Shown here piece after piece: positions 39,350 to 53,379 of a stretch of DNA of 64,000 bases. Positions within the stretch are counted from its first letter, which is position 1; every line of letters begins with the position of its first letter. The position numbers and the translations under genes were made by a program. The notes under the pieces were generated by a model. It ran no database searches, had not been told where the DNA came from, and saw nothing but the letters and a program-made list of their open reading frames with translations. The DNA is taken from NCBI GenBank assembly GCA_030390025.1, contig CM059434.1, forward strand, positions 107,260,001 through 107,324,000, written 5' to 3'. The stretch comes from Squalus acanthias (taxonomy: Eukaryota).

Positions 39350-40055
39350 TTTAAAATTCATTCTTGGGATATGAGCGTTGCTAGCAAGGCCAACATTTAT
39401 TGTCCACCACTAGTTGCCCTTGAGAAGGTAATGGTGGGCCTTCTTCTTGAACCACCGCAGTCCATGTGATGAAAGGACTCCCACAGTGCTGTTAGGACTG
39501 AGATGAGGAGAAATTTCTTCACTCAAAGGGTTGTGAATCTTTGGAATTCTCTACCCCAGAGGGCTGTGGAGGCTCAGTCGATGAGTATATTCAAGACTGA
39601 GATCGCAGATGTTTGGGCACTAAGGGAATCAAGGGATATGGGGATAGGGCAGGAAAGTGGAGATGATGTTGAAGTTCAGCCATGATCTTATTGAATGGCG
39701 GAGCGGGCTCAATGGGCCATATGGCCTACTCCTGCTCCTATTTCTTTTGTTCTTATGTTAGATAGGGAATCCCAGGATTTTGACCCAGCAATGATGAAGG
39801 AACGGCAATATATGTCCAATTCGGGATGGTGTGCGACTTAGAGGTGAACTTGGAGGTGATGGTCTTCCCATGCACCTGCTGCCCTTGTCTTTCAAGGTGG
39901 TGGAGGTCACGGGTGTGGATTCTGCTGTTGAAGAAGCCTTACTGAGTTGCTGCATCCTGTGAATAGTACACACGGTAGTGGATATTTAAGATGGTGGATG
40001 GGCTGCCAATCAAGCAGACTATTTGTCCTGGATAGTATCGAGCTTCTTGAGTGTA
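39350..40055 (-). mobile_element. CR1/L2-group LINE 3' fragment interrupted by a + strand CR1 3' end (~39497-39757)
   Basis: The minus-strand LINE resumes at TTAGATAGGGAATCCCAGG after a CR1 piece encoding MRRNFFTQRVVNLWNSLP with a TTCTTATG tail. Confidence 0.8.
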
Positions 40056-41579
40056 ATTGCTTGGGTTAGATGCTGACTAGATTATGAGATTATGGTTCAT
40101 GATACCGAATATGTTACTGTGCCCGCGTCAATTTAAAACCCAGTCAAAGTGGATCACCCCTTGAATCCACCTGGGAGTATTGTGCGTTAACCTGTCAGGA
40201 TTGGTATTCTGGGAGGATGAGATCAAATATGTTGTAGGGCCTTCTTCATCCAAACTGATGTGATATTTATAAGCCTTATTAAAAATTGTTCGAAATTCTG
40301 TGTATGTTGGACTGTTAACTTGTATAAGTTAAGCATCCTGTGTGGTCTGTGGTCACAGTCCCTACTTAGAAAACAGAGCCTACACCATGTTCCAAACTGT
40401 CAAGTCTCTTTCAGTAGTCAGTTGGATGGGGCCTAATGTTTACTCGTCCTATTTAGGGCTAACAGTAAAGGTCAGTTCCGTCCGTAATGCAGACAAATAA
40501 ACGCTGCTAAAGGACAAGTGAAGAGTTTGTGATTATGATGGGACGGCAGATGAAACCACAAGTGAATTTTAATAAATATTCCATTTCGCAGATATCAGAA
40601 AGGACTCTATAATTGCTGGTCGTGTCTGTCTGCTGTAGTGTTAGTGTGGTTTTAAAAAAAAAATACTGGGATAGGATTTGAAATAATTTGTAAACTGGGG
40701 AATTCTATAAGGACAAATATAAAATAATTGGAAACACAGGCTTTGTCTTATTGGTTCTTTAGCTATCCCCACGATTAGGGATGCAGGAAAAGCCATCACT
40801 TTTATTGAGTCTTCACCGAGCTGGTTAATGTGTGACTCACTGGAGTGACTGGGCTGGAAAAGGAAGAGAGATAATTCAGGAAAGTGAAAGGAAGAGAGAC
40901 TGGACTGGCCAAAGAAAATGACTGGACTGGGATAGAATAGGAAAAGGAACTCAGCTGGGAACAACAATGCTAAGCCAGGTAAAACAGAGGTCAGGACACT
41001 AACTTTTCCAATCAGAAAACTTGCTCATCATGCTTTCCTCGAGTGTGTAATTTCTAACATCACTTGCCATCTGCTATATGGCCATCCGTTGAGCTGTTAA
41101 TCCTAATGTTAGCTCTCCTTCTGACCACTGCTTTTAGGCCTTTCCTCTGCACAAGTGAAAATAGCATGAGTGACACCTTCCTTCACAAAGCCATTTCACA
41201 CTTTTCCTCTTCATTGAGATCATGCGATGGTACTTTCACACTCGATAATAAGAAACATATTTCTCTTTACTCAGTGTGCTAACAAATGGCTGGCCTCCAA
41301 AGAGAAAAACAAATTGGACACAATGAAGGAAATGCACTCAGCTATGGATGACCCAGTTCACGTAACCCAGTGAGAATGTGGCCCTACTTGGGTGTGATTG
41401 CCTTGATCAGCGTAGGAACGATCTGGAAGGACCTCACGCCTACAAACACATCACGATAGCATGTTGCATATAGTTCAAAAAAATGTAGGATTTAAGTTTG
41501 CAGTGAGTGGCAGTGAGCTGGCAGAGGGAGACGTGGAAGATGTGCCAAAGCATTTAAAAATGCTAATAGAATGCCAAGA

Positions 41580-42150
41580 GATAGTGCCAGAATAGTAGAT
41601 TACAAGCCTACAGAAGTGATGTTGAGGCTTCACACTGCACTGGTCAGACTACACGTAGAGCATGGTGTTCTCTTTGGTGATTACAAAAGATATACTTGGA
41701 TTAGAAGTTAGAAAAGAGCATCAAGATATATCTCAAATACAAAAGGGAATATTAGAAAGAAAGCAATTAAGGGGTAGGGCTAATCAAACCGTATAAAATA
41801 TGAGCCAATATAGATAAAGTAAACTTTGATTATTGCATCAAAATATGCAAACAATATAGGATCAGAAGACATAAATGGAAATTAGTGAAATGTAAATTTG
41901 AAACAGATATCTGGGAAAGTTCTTTAGCCAGATTAGTGTTGGGAAATAATGTGCCAGGGATAGTTGTAGGGGTAGAGCGCCTTTCACAATCTCAGGATGT
42001 CCTAAAGCACTTTACAGCCAATACTGATTAAGTGTAGTCACTGTTGAAATGTAAGGAAACTCTAAAGTAGAGTTGAATGCTGTGAGGGGAGAGTTAATGT
42101 ATTGGAAGGATGGGCTCTGATGAGTCAAATGACCTTTACATATTTCTAAA
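41580..42150 (+). mobile_element. Highly degraded CR1 3' fragment with a DeuSINE piece (~41975-42060)
   Basis: Remnant ALVRLHVEH...RIRRHKWKL motifs with stops and frameshifts. Confidence 0.55.
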
Positions 42151-42449
42151 TATGCAGTAAGCTTTAAATCACTAGGATTCAAACTTTACCAGATAAGGAT
42201 TTGTTATTTTAAAAACAAAGCAAGGCCATCTCACATCAGTTTGAATTCAAAATGGATGCAATATCACTCCCGCCTGGTAGGAAGCCTTGTTTTATAAGTG
42301 CCAGATGGTTTACTCAGCCTCCTGAGAATTTAAAATAAACTTTGTGTGAGAGAGATCTTAATAATAGGAGGAAATGTTTTCTTAATGTGAAAACGTTCCC
42401 ATTTGGGGAGAAGAGCTCTTTTGTAGCTGAATTCAGTACAACCTACCGT

Positions 42450-43340
42450 GACTGCACAGTGTTCAGTGCCATTCGCAACTCCTCAGATAATGAAGCAGTC
42501 CATGCCCACATGCAACAAGACCTGGACAACATTTAGTCTTGGGCTGCTAAGTGGCAGGTAACATTCGCGCCACACAAGTGCCAGGCAATGACTATCTCCA
42601 ACAAGCGAGAGTCTAACCACCTCCCCTTGACAGTCAACAGCATTACCACTGCCGAATCCCTCACTATCAACATCCTGGGGGTCACCATTGACCAGAAACT
42701 TAACTGAACCAGCCACATAAATACTGTGGCTACAAGAGCAGGTCAGAGGCTGGGTATTCTGCGGCGAGTGCCTCACCTCCTGATTCCCCAAAGCCTTTCC
42801 ACCATCTACAAGGCACAAGTAAGGAGTGTGATGGAATACTCTCCACTTGCTTGGATGAGTGCAGCTCCCAACAACACTCGAGAAGCTCGACACCATCCAG
42901 GACAAAGCAGCTCGCTTGATTGGCACCCCATCCACCACCTTAAACATTCACTCCCTCCACCACCGGCGTACAGTGGCTGCAGTGTGTACCATCTCCAAGA
43001 TGCACAGCAGCAACTCGCCAAGGCTTCTTTCCAAACCCGCGACCTCTACTACCTAGAAGGACAAGGGCAGCAGGTGCATGGGAACACCACCGCCTCCAAG
43101 TTCCCTTCCAAGTCACACACTATCCTGACTTAGAAGTATGTCGCCGATCCTTCATCATCGCTGGGTCAAAATCCTGGAACACCCTCCCTAACAGCACCGT
43201 GGGAGTACCTTCACCACACAGACTGCAGCGGTTCAAGAAGGCGGCTCACCAGCACCTTCTCAAGGGCAATTCGGGATGGGCAATAAATGCTGGCCTTGCC
43301 AGCGATGCCCACATCCCATGAACGAATAATTAAAAAAAAG
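42450..43340 (+). mobile_element. CR1/L2-group LINE 3' fragment (RT C-terminus)
   Basis: QQDLDNI*SWAAKWQVTFAPHKC and YKAQVRSVMEYSPLAW motifs, frameshifted; A-rich end. Confidence 0.88.
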
Positions 43341-44549
43341 ATGTGCAGTGAGCAGTGCAGCAGCTCCAATCTACTGATTGTGTATCACTCGCCACACTCT
43401 GAGACTGGGCGCTGCAGTGTAACTGGCTTTAAGCAAGTGTAAAGGAAACAAATAGTTCTACCATTGGAGTTTGGAGCCACTTTAATCTTCATAAATGAAA
43501 ATAAAATTCTGGAAAGAAAGCAAAACAGAATTAAAATATATTTACTGATGATTGGATTTCAAGGCTGTTTCCTTTCAGTCAAAAAACAAAATGTCCCTTT
43601 TTACAATTAATTCATAACAAATGGTATCTAGTCTGACATTAGCAGAATAAGAGCTAGAATACGCAAGCAAACAACAATATGTTCAAGACATTTAATAGAT
43701 TCTGTACAATTGTTTTAATTCTTCTGAGCCCAACAAAGCTATTTTAAACATCAAAGAAATTACAGTTCGCCTGTAAGATAAATACCATGGTTTATGGGAA
43801 GTACATAATCATGCATTGAAAAGATCACTGTTCCGACAGTAATATTTAAAATATATGAATTTTACAACTAAATATCATTATTCCAAGCATAATGCAAAGC
43901 AATTGGCATGCCATATCTAACTTTAAATATTATGTGCCCCAATAACACTATAATTAAGGGTGCAGTCACACTACAACGGTGGTGTTGGTGTGAATTGGTT
44001 TTGCTTTGCTCTGAGACAGCAGTTAAAGTGTAAATGTAGCCAGAATCCAGAGTCAGGCTTGACCTGACATCAGAGTGAGGAGAGTGAGACTGCCTGAATG
44101 GGATAGTCTCACTCCATTTTGTTTCAGAGTCATGTGGATTTTAGCACCCGATTTACACTGCACAGTGTAGATTTTAACTATTGGACGGTGGCCAGTGGAG
44201 AAGCCGGTCACCCACCCGTTGTGGCCATGAAGAGGCCAGAGCCATTTTGATGCCCACCCGAAACGTGTGACCCGAAGCAGCTCGCCGGATTTGGGCTGAT
44301 GCAATATGGGGCAGTCTCCGGGCAGTAGGATAAGTCCTGGAGGGGAGGAGTCATGATTGCGGGAGGGGTACGTGCCTGGGGTGACAACAGCCCAGATTAT
44401 TTTTCTGGGGCTCAGATGAGCACTAATAATTTAAAACTTAGCTTTCAAGAGCCTACGTTACAACAGTGACTACACTTCAAAAGTACTTCATTGGCTGTAA
44501 AGCTCTTTGGAATGTCCTGAGGTCGCCAAAGGTGCTATATAAATACGTT

Positions 44550-44796
44550 CTTTCTATCTAGCTATCTATCTCTATCTCTATCTATCTCTCTATCTCTATC
44601 CCTATCTCTATCTAGCTATCTATCTATCTCTATCTATATTTATCTATCTGTCTCTATCCCTATCTCTATCTAGCTATCTATCTATATCTATCTATCTCTA
44701 TCTATATCTATCTATCTATCTCTATCTTTATCTATCTATCTCTATCGCTATCTCTATCTAGCTATCTATCTAATTATCTATCTAGCTATCTATCTA
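44550..44796 (+). repeat. (TCTA)n/(TCTCTA)n microsatellite grown from a SINE tail
   Basis: Imperfect TCTA array immediately after a DeuSINE tail (44455-44550), inside a degraded MITE-like region (~44160-45060). Confidence 0.9.
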
Positions 44797-46636
44797 GTCG
44801 GAGAGTGCATGGCACATGCTTTGACCAGTTCTGTCCTAAAATGCCAATTGACGTCCTATGGACGTCAAAGGAACCCTATTTGCATAATGCCTGGAACCTA
44901 CTGCCTGGAACAAGCTTCCACTTTTGACGCCCAGCAGGAGGCCCCTGTAAAATAGGAGGCCAGAGTGTCAGTGTTAATGGGGCAGTAAATCTACCGACCC
45001 CATTATAAGGCCCCCACATGCTTAGCTTTGGTGCAAGGCTGAACCACACCCCACCGACAAAGTGCGAATGAACCGCTAATCCTTAGTGTGCACATCAGTA
45101 AATTTAAATGTATCCTGTCCTGTGTAACCATATAAGCAGCAGCCCTTTGTCGAATGTTATTTTGGTTACAGTATTTAGAGGAGCCAGGAGCAAACTATTA
45201 AGCTTCCTGTCGCTGAAAGAAGGGAACATTTTCAGCGGTGTTGTTCCAGGATAAATGTATGCAACAGATTCCCTACATCGAGTTAATAGTTATGATGAGG
45301 TTGTTTACTGTTTCTGCTGGAAATGAAATACTCTTCTAACATTTTATCAAAAAGAAATTATCATTTTGGGGAGCTTGAAAGGACCGCTGGGAAATACGGA
45401 CTCCTGGAAACCTGCCTGAGAGCTGACAATTTGTGTGCGCGTGTCGGGTGGGGACATTGGGCAGGAGAAGGGGGGATATCTAGGGAGCTCTGTATGTTTA
45501 GTTCCACCATTTGGACATTAGGGTAATTTCAACAACCACTCGGCAAAACAAATCGAAACTAGGGGCTCCTTTCAGAAAAGGAGACTGCTGGTTAACTGTT
45601 GTAGATTCCACCATTTAAGTTGCTGCAATTTAACCTTGAAGTAGAAATGATAAGTCATTATGGTTTTCATTTTGCCAGATTTATCTTTCTGCTTTTCCTT
45701 CATGAAATTCTGCTTCCATAGTAAGATTGATACATGGCAGCATCCATAGAGTTTCCATCTTTAGCTTGTTGCATTGTAAAGTTGTAGATTGCTGGTTGTG
45801 TCTCGGAGAGTATGGAAAGAAGTCAAAATAGCAAATCAGTCTTTCGGGTGAATGAGGTAATAGAAACAAGAGAAGCCCAATGTAAAAAATGTGGGCTGGT
45901 TGCCCTAAGGAGCCATGATGCAATTTCAGGAACTGTGTGAAATCTGAGCCCGGTCAGAAACTGCCTGCAGTGGTCTGGTTGTGTTTAGGTTTCTCGCTTC
46001 CCAAATAACATTGGGGAAACACTGTGGTCCCTCCGTGCGCACAAATGCCTCATTTGTGTTTACAAGAGACCTGCATTTTCTCAGGAGTTTCATTCGAAGC
46101 AGATGAAAGGAGAATTTCTTCCGCTACACGAACATAAATAGCTGCTGATTCATCTCCGTTGTCAGAAAATTAATCAAAGCAATCTCCACATGGCATTTAC
46201 TTATTTAATTATAGTTCTATACCGTGTTTTGCACTATGCAGCTCACTTCACATTTCAGCCCTCATGACGCATGACGTTTCCATTCCTACATTTCACTGAG
46301 ACTAGACTGAGTTCAGATTCAATTGCCTTGGAAGATATTATTAAACATTTATTATTGGACTTAATTTGCTCGTGAATTATTGTGACCGTCATAATAAGCA
46401 TTAATTATCTATCCATAAATTAAAATTCTTCCTGTAACGCTTTTTCTGTCATGATTTTCTGTCACACGATTTCCACTATAATGTTGCTGTCACACTTTTC
46501 TGTAATGCTGAAGTATTTCTATTGATTTTACTTACCTCTGGTTCAGTCCTCCATGTTTGGTCTTCAAGGGAGGTAGTGCTGCTCCTTAACTTTGAGACCC
46601 CTAGGTGGCAGTGTAGAGACCAACTTCAGGCATTTA

Positions 46637-47028
46637 CAGTCTCACTCCAGAGACTAGGCTGACACTCCAGTGCAGGGCTGAGGGAGTTCTGCACTGTTGG
46701 AGGTGCCGTCTTCCAGATGTGATGTTAAACCGAGGCCCCATCTGCTCTCTCAGATGGACGTAAAACATCCCACGGCACTATTTCGAAGAAGAGCAGGGGA
46801 GTTATCCCCGGTGTCCTGGCCAATATTTATCCCTCAATCAACATCATTAAAACAGATGATCTGATCATTATCACATTGCTGTTTGTGGGAACTTGCTGTG
46901 TGCAAATTGGCTGCTGCGTTTCCTACATTACAACAGTGGCTACACTTCTAAAGTATTTCATTGGCTGTAAAGCACTTTGGGACGTCCTGAAGTTGCAAAA
47001 GGCGTTATATAAATGCAAGTCTTTCTTT
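46637..47028 (+). mobile_element. DeuSINE (SacSINE1-like)
   Basis: Colinear with 58076-58537 but lacks the tRNA head. Confidence 0.85.
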
Positions 47029-47029
47029 A

Positions 47030-47745
47030 AGAGGGGCGACAGGAGAGAGATAGCAAAGCAGAAATGAAGAGAACTGAAGCAAACTAGAAATGGACACAAA
47101 GCAAAGTAAGTTACTAATCAAGAGAACTAGAGAAAGAGAAAGTGAACCAGATAGAGAGAGAACCAGATTAGAAGATGAGCCAGAAAAAGACAGAAAGTGA
47201 AGCAGATAATGAGATATAAGTATGAAACTAGAAGAGGAGAGAGAACACAAACCAGAGGAGAGAGGGAGCATCAACCAGAAAAGGTAAAAGGGAGAGCATC
47301 AACCAGAAAATGTGGGCGAGGAATAGAGAGCGCGTAAACCTGAAAAGTGAAGAGAGACATCACAAACCAGAAAAGGGGGGCGGGGAGTGATAGAGCACAA
47401 ACAAAAAGGGATGGCAAACTAGAGGGGGGAAGGAAGAGATAGAACTATAAGGAGAGGCAGAGAGAAATAGACAAGGGTGAGAAAGGAAGGGGAAGATCTA
47501 GGCAGAAGGAGGAGAGAGAAACTCAGAATGCAAGCCGGGGAGAGAGAGACACAGCAGGGAAGAGACAGAAGGAAGGAGCAGAGAAAGAAACAGAAAAGGC
47601 AGAATTGAGAGAAACACGGGAACAAGACGAGATTAAAAATGGATGGTGAGAGATACCGAGAGTGAAAGAGGACAGAAACGCAGAAGGGAAGAAGACAGAT
47701 GTACGCAGGGAAAGTAAGAGAAATACAGAAGGGAAGAACTCAGCC
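47030..47745 (+). repeat. Purine (GA)-rich low-complexity tract
   Basis: Strong A/G bias with recurring AACCAGA/AACTAGA units. Confidence 0.7.
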
Positions 47746-49804
47746 GCCACTACTTCGATGCCGAAAGACCCCCCCCGCCACCACACTTTTTCTTCAATAC
47801 TCCCACACACCTCTTCTCCTCCTAAAGTCCACCAGCCCTTTCCACTGCTCCCACTCCCCTGGACCTCCATTTCAGCACTACTGAAATCATTTTCCTGCTC
47901 ATCACCATGAGCAGTATCATGGCAGATCCACTAATATGTTTAAAGTTTTGAGGATTATTACCTAATTCAAAGAGAGACTGCACTGGAAAAGCATTAACTG
48001 TTCGAAGGTTACAAACTGTTTCAAAAAGAAAATAAGCAAAAGCAATTTCCTGTACAAATCACAATAGGTTTGCGTCCATTTTGAGTGAAATGGGTTGCTG
48101 TCCTGTTATTCTGCAAATAAATTGAAGACTGAATTCCTTTTGAATGCTAAATGATGTAAAGTGAATAAAATTGAATTTGATTGCAGAATTTATTCATAAA
48201 CCATTGCAGCACAGAATCTACTTTACAGCTTTCAAAATACTGGGGTTTTTTGTTAACCTAAGACTTGCTTAAATAAGGTGTAAATGTTCACTGCAAACAA
48301 TGAATGAAACAGTAAGTGATCCAGAAGTCAGATTGACTCCTCTTCTTGCCATAAGGTCCCTGGCATGTAATTGCACAGTCCGTCCTCATTGCTTCCAAAT
48401 TATGCACGCACATTCCATGGAGGTACTTCTTAATTGGAATTGTAGATTCATGGAAATTGCATCTAATTGGAATAACAAATCATCCTGGACTATGGGGAAA
48501 TAGAAGGGATTCTTAATTTCAGTTGGTAGCCTTGAAAGTATTAATAGTTTAAAAAAATCAAAATTAATTGAGTCAGTGCAGGTTGGGAATTTTTATAGTA
48601 TTTACTCTAGAGGATGAAGCTAATATTTCCAATCTGGTGACTGCTGCACAGATACATTCAAGTTTGCGGCGAAGAATTTGGAGCAGAAAGTAATTGGACA
48701 TGAACTTTGTAGCAGAATACTCGCTAGATAGCCAGCATTCAGTTTTATGGATAAAGGGCCTTGAATGATGGTACACAAGAAATGCATTTTTAAAGATGTT
48801 AATATTTTGTAAAATAGGTAACACCTCAGTCTAGTGGTTGTTTGTGTGTGGGGGGGGTGGGGGGAACATATCTGTGTTCCAGCGTGATTCACTGGATGAA
48901 CATGTTGCCTTTAAATCTTTGTGTGGACATATCTAAATTTCCAAGTAATCCAGCCAGATAAGTATGTCTATTTTCCCTTGCAGCATAGGATAGTCTGTGT
49001 ATTGGGGAAACCTGCTTCTCAGTTTTACGTTTTTCAAATGATGCTTGAGTATAAAATTAATGAGCTTTAAGAAAGACTAGAACGTAGAACAGCAAAATAA
49101 TAGGAAGGAAAAATTAAGTATTATCCGTGCAGGCAAACTTACAAGCAGAGAACTACTTGGCAATGCATTGTTTTCACCTCAGTGGAGATCTGTTCAGTGA
49201 CATAACCCATCAGGCCTGGAATCAATCTTTTTGATGCTCATTGCATTACCTATATCTGTGAAGCTGCTGCAGCTTCTTCTGTTATCTAGTGTCTACTGTG
49301 TGCGCCTGTACATGTGAAGTCACGATGCACTAGTAATCGGGCACAACACAATTGTCGTAAGAATGAGCCTTACGCGTGGTGAACTTAAAGTAAGCTTTAA
49401 TCAACTAAAAAAGGTGCTACATACAAAAGAGGTCTTACTCTATGCCTCTCCAGAATCCAACTGATCAGTCCAGTATTTATCCTGGACTAATCACAGGAAG
49501 TGATGCAATAAAGTTACCACAACATTTATTTCAGGGAGACTTCTTATGTTGTTCCAAACATTTCTGTTCTGTGGTTTGAACCGTCTCCACCTGTCATCTT
49601 CCTGGCCGAGACCTCCGCTACTTCAACTAATTATTTAAAATATATTTCATTTGTTGGCTGAACTTAGGAACACTTGTTAATTTCCATAGAAAAAAGTTGG
49701 AAGTGTCAGATCTTGGGTTAGTCTGTAATAACCAATCAGCTACAATTGGCTGTGATGCACTTGGGGATGTCCTGAAGTTATGAAGAGCGCATATTCAATC
49801 AGCT

Positions 49805-50095
49805 TTCATAGAATCATAGAAGATAGGAGCAGGAGTAGTCCATTCGGCCCCTCTAGCCTGCTCCGCCATTCAATGCGATCATGGCTGATCATCCAAATTC
49901 AGTACCATGTCCCTGCTTTCTCCCCATATCCCTTGATCCCTTTAGCTTTAAGAAATATATCCAACTCCTTCTTGAATCTATATAATGAATTGGCCTCTAC
50001 TGCCTTCTGTGGCAGAGAATTTCACAGGTTCACCACTCTCTGGGTGAAGAAATTCCTCCTCATTTCTGTCCTAAATGGCTTACCCCTTATCCTTA
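49805..50095 (-). mobile_element. CR1 LINE 3' end
   Basis: CATAGAATCATAGAA tail, with the antisense of MRRNFFTQRVVNL. Confidence 0.85.
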
Positions 50096-50494
50096 TTTAT
50101 GACTGAAGCATTTTAGGTTATCCCGATAAGCATTCAATATGCTGACACACTCTATTCAGTCCTCTGCCTCTATGCTTCACTGCCATGTGCCAAACGGCCC
50201 GAGGCACTGTTATCTATTCAGTTGATTTACTGGATACAGGGTTCCTGTTTCTGAATGATCTGCTGTGCCCTTTCATAATGTGACAGAATGCAAAAAGACA
50301 AAGCAAAGAACCATAAAAAAGGAGAAAGGGCAGAGACAGCTCCATTTATCTTGGCTTTATTCATATGTGTTAACCAGTTAAGGGAATGACAAGCCAAGAT
50401 AATAGGAAACAATAGATATGGCCAGCCTGAAAGGAAAAGAACTGCTGTGTCGCGCCAAACAAAGTCAAAGTAGTCATTTGTAGTTAACTTTCTC

Positions 50495-51620
50495 CAATAA
50501 AAACGGAAGGTCAGGCAGCATCTATGGAGAGAGAAACAGAGTTCACGTTTCAGGTCTTTCATCATTTTTAAAAATTCGTTTATGAGATGTGGGCGTCGCT
50601 GGCAAGGCCAGCATTTATTGCCCATCCCTTGAGTAGGTGGTGGTGAGCCGCCTTCTTGAACCGCTGCAGTCCGTGTGGTGAAGGTACTCCCACAGTGCTG
50701 TTAGGTAGGGAGTTCCAGGATTTTGACCCAGCGACGATGAAGGATCGGTGATATACTTCTAAGTCAGGATGATGTGTGACTTGGAAAGGAACTTGGAGGT
50801 GCTGGTGTTCCCATGCGCCTGCTGCCCTTGTCTTACTAGGTGGAAGAGGTCGCGGGTTTGGGAGGTGCTGCCGAAAAAGCATTAGCGAGATGCTGCAGTG
50901 CATCTTGTAGATGGTACACACTGCAGCCACGGTACGCCGGTGGTGGAGGGAGTGAATGTTTAAGGTGGTGGATGGGGTGCCAATCAAGCGGGTTGCTTTG
51001 TCCTGGATGGTGTCGAGCTTCTTGAGTGTTGTTGGAGCTGCACTCATCCAGGCAAGTGGAGAGTAAGTGCAGAACTGCAAGATGTTAGAGATGGTCTGGA
51101 CCCATCTTTTGTTTCTTTACTTGTCCCATTACCAACCCCTTTTGCCTTGCACCATCATCATCTTTGTAATTTAATCATTCCTGCCCTCCACCCTATCACA
51201 GACCTTCTCCTTTGTAGAAAGAAAGAAAGACTTGCATTTCTATAGCGCCTTTCACAACCACCGGATGTCTCAAAGCGCTTTACAGCCAATGAAGTACTGT
51301 TGAAGTGGAGTCACTGTTGTAATGTAGGAAATGCGGAATGCAATTTGTGCACAGCAAGCTCCCACAAACAGCAATGTGATAACGACCAGATAATCTGTTT
51401 TTGTTATGTTGGTTGAGGGATAAATATTGGCCAGGACACCGGGGATAACTCCCCTGCTCTTCTTCGAAAATAGTGCCATGGGATCTTTTACGTCCACCTG
51501 AGAGAGCAGACGGGGCCTCTCCTTTCCTGTACTTTCCTGCCCCCTCCCCCCGACTCTGTATTTGCTTAAATGCTATTCATCTCTAACACCTTCCAGTTCT
51601 GATGAAGGGGCATCGAGTTA
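50495..51620. mobile_element. Penelope-like remnant carrying a nested LINE (50567-51065, -) and DeuSINE (51215-51520, -)
   Basis: The left arm matches the 9.1 kb and 21.6 kb palindromes; the right end has CAGTTCTGATGAAGGGGCATCGA, a truncated hammerhead core. Confidence 0.65.
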
Positions 51621-52724
51621 TATTAGCCATGATAAGGGGTAAGAATTCCTCTCTTTGCTATTTCTAGCAAAATCATATACATATTGTTTTGTAAATGTAT
51701 TTATAATTTTGTTACGTAATACACAAAGGAAATGTACCCCTCCCACACAGGCACCCCTTCTGAATCTTAACGTGTTGGTTATAAATGTATGTTTTCCTTC
51801 CAGTATTTTGAAAACTTTTTTGTTGCACAAGCCTAATGTATAATTAGGTATTTTGTCTCTCGGGCATATTCACCATTGTGGAAGTCGATATCGAGCGGTG
51901 CCCAATATCAGGTGATTAAGTTTAATTGTTTCCAGCAGTGGCGAGTGCTTATCTTGAGACACCGCCAGCAACAACAGTTCTATATCTTCCAATAGGAGTT
52001 GTGGCTGATCCATGGCAAGGTGGTCACAATGGTTACTGAGGTAAAGTAATGTTTCCCCATAACTATCACACTCTCCATGAGGAGTATTTCAGTATGTCTA
52101 GGGCAGTGCGTACATATATAGAGTGTTGAATAAATATCTTTTTTTCTAAGAGCATCTCCACTAAAAAAAGTGTAATCAAATAATGATTTTTGATTTATTC
52201 AGAAAATACTGCAAACTTTGCAATGTTGTTTACATCATGAAGTATTTGCTGCCTGTAAGTTGCATAGGTATTATATAACTTCAGTGATCCCATCCTCATT
52301 TTGTGTTTTTTATGGAACTCAATGTGCAGGGCCTCAGAATATTTTACCCTTTCAGTCAGCCAGCTGGGATGATCTTTGAGAATACTTAACTGCCTTTCAC
52401 TCATCTGACTACTGCTTTCATTCTTCTATCTGTCCCAGTGAATTAATGTTTTTCTATCGGGCATAGAAGGTTACATACCTCACTATTCCTCGTTTGTCAG
52501 TTGTACGACTATATTTAGTTCAATCGGACCTGCCATTCTGCACTCTCTGGTAAAAAAAAATCCTGACTATCATACCTGATGTCTTGATCAGTCTGAAGCA
52601 CCTGAGTCAACTTTATCTCTGCTTGTAGCTTCTGTAAATCCATTACTAGAGCTGCTAATTGCAATTTTATTGAAAGAAGCATCAACTGCTGCTATCATCC
52701 TGCTTCTATCTCTTTTGAAACTTA

Positions 52725-53378
52725 GGGGGGAAAATTGGCTCGCCCCAGAAAAGTTAGCACCCCCACGCCTAAAATTCAATGGTAGCGCCCCAAGCAGGAG
52801 GCGGGGCGCTACTGAAAGCGCTTCCCCTCCTTCTTGGGGCACTCCCGGAAGCGCTTCCCCTCCTTCTTGGGGCACTCCATTGAATAGAGCGGCGCTACGT
52901 GCAGCAGCACCACGTGCGTCGGCATGTAGCAACATGGTACTATAGGCCTCCCTCCCCTCATTAAAGGGGAGGGGCCTAGCGCAGCACGAACCGGGGCCCT
53001 GCTGGACCACCGGGGAGCGGGGTGTCGGCAAAAGAACCCGGCACTCAAGAGGGGTGCCGGGCTGAGCGATCATGGCTGGCATCCCACAGGAGGTGGTCAG
53101 AGAGGGCAGGCACTGGAAGGCGGCCAAAAAAAATGGCTGCCCAGCACCTGCCCTTTAATTACTGCCGCCCCGGCCACAAAAACGCCCCCCTTACCCTGTC
53201 GGACATAGCGTCCAGCAGTAGGTCAGGGGGCGCGAGCCAAGTTTGCGGCTCGGGTGCGAGCGGGGCGCTGCGCATGGTGATGAATTTCGCGGGAGGCGTT
53301 AGCGGCGCCGCATCCGGGCACTCGTTGCTTTGCACCCAGGGGCTAACGGCAGGCGCAAAGCAACCAAATTTTTCCCCC
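52725..53378. mobile_element. PIF/Harbinger-like MITE, 654 bp, GC-rich
   Basis: TTA|GGGGGGAAAATTGG...CCAAATTTTTCCCCC|TTA, with an internal tandem duplication of AAGCGCTTCCCCTCCTTCTTGGGGCACTCC. Confidence 0.85.
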
Positions 53379-53379
53379 T

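Noticed and set aside
44550-44796. Regular repeat array or CRISPR-like structure
   Set aside because: Simple TCTA microsatellite with no spacers, in a eukaryotic context.
47005-47910. Leu/Ser/Phe-rich membrane-protein-like ORFs
   Set aside because: Artefacts of translating the GA-rich low-complexity tract.
49353-49524. Possible solo LTR (TGTCGTAA...CACAACA)
   Set aside because: It has TG...CA ends and polyA-like signals, but no matching TSD and no second copy in the window.
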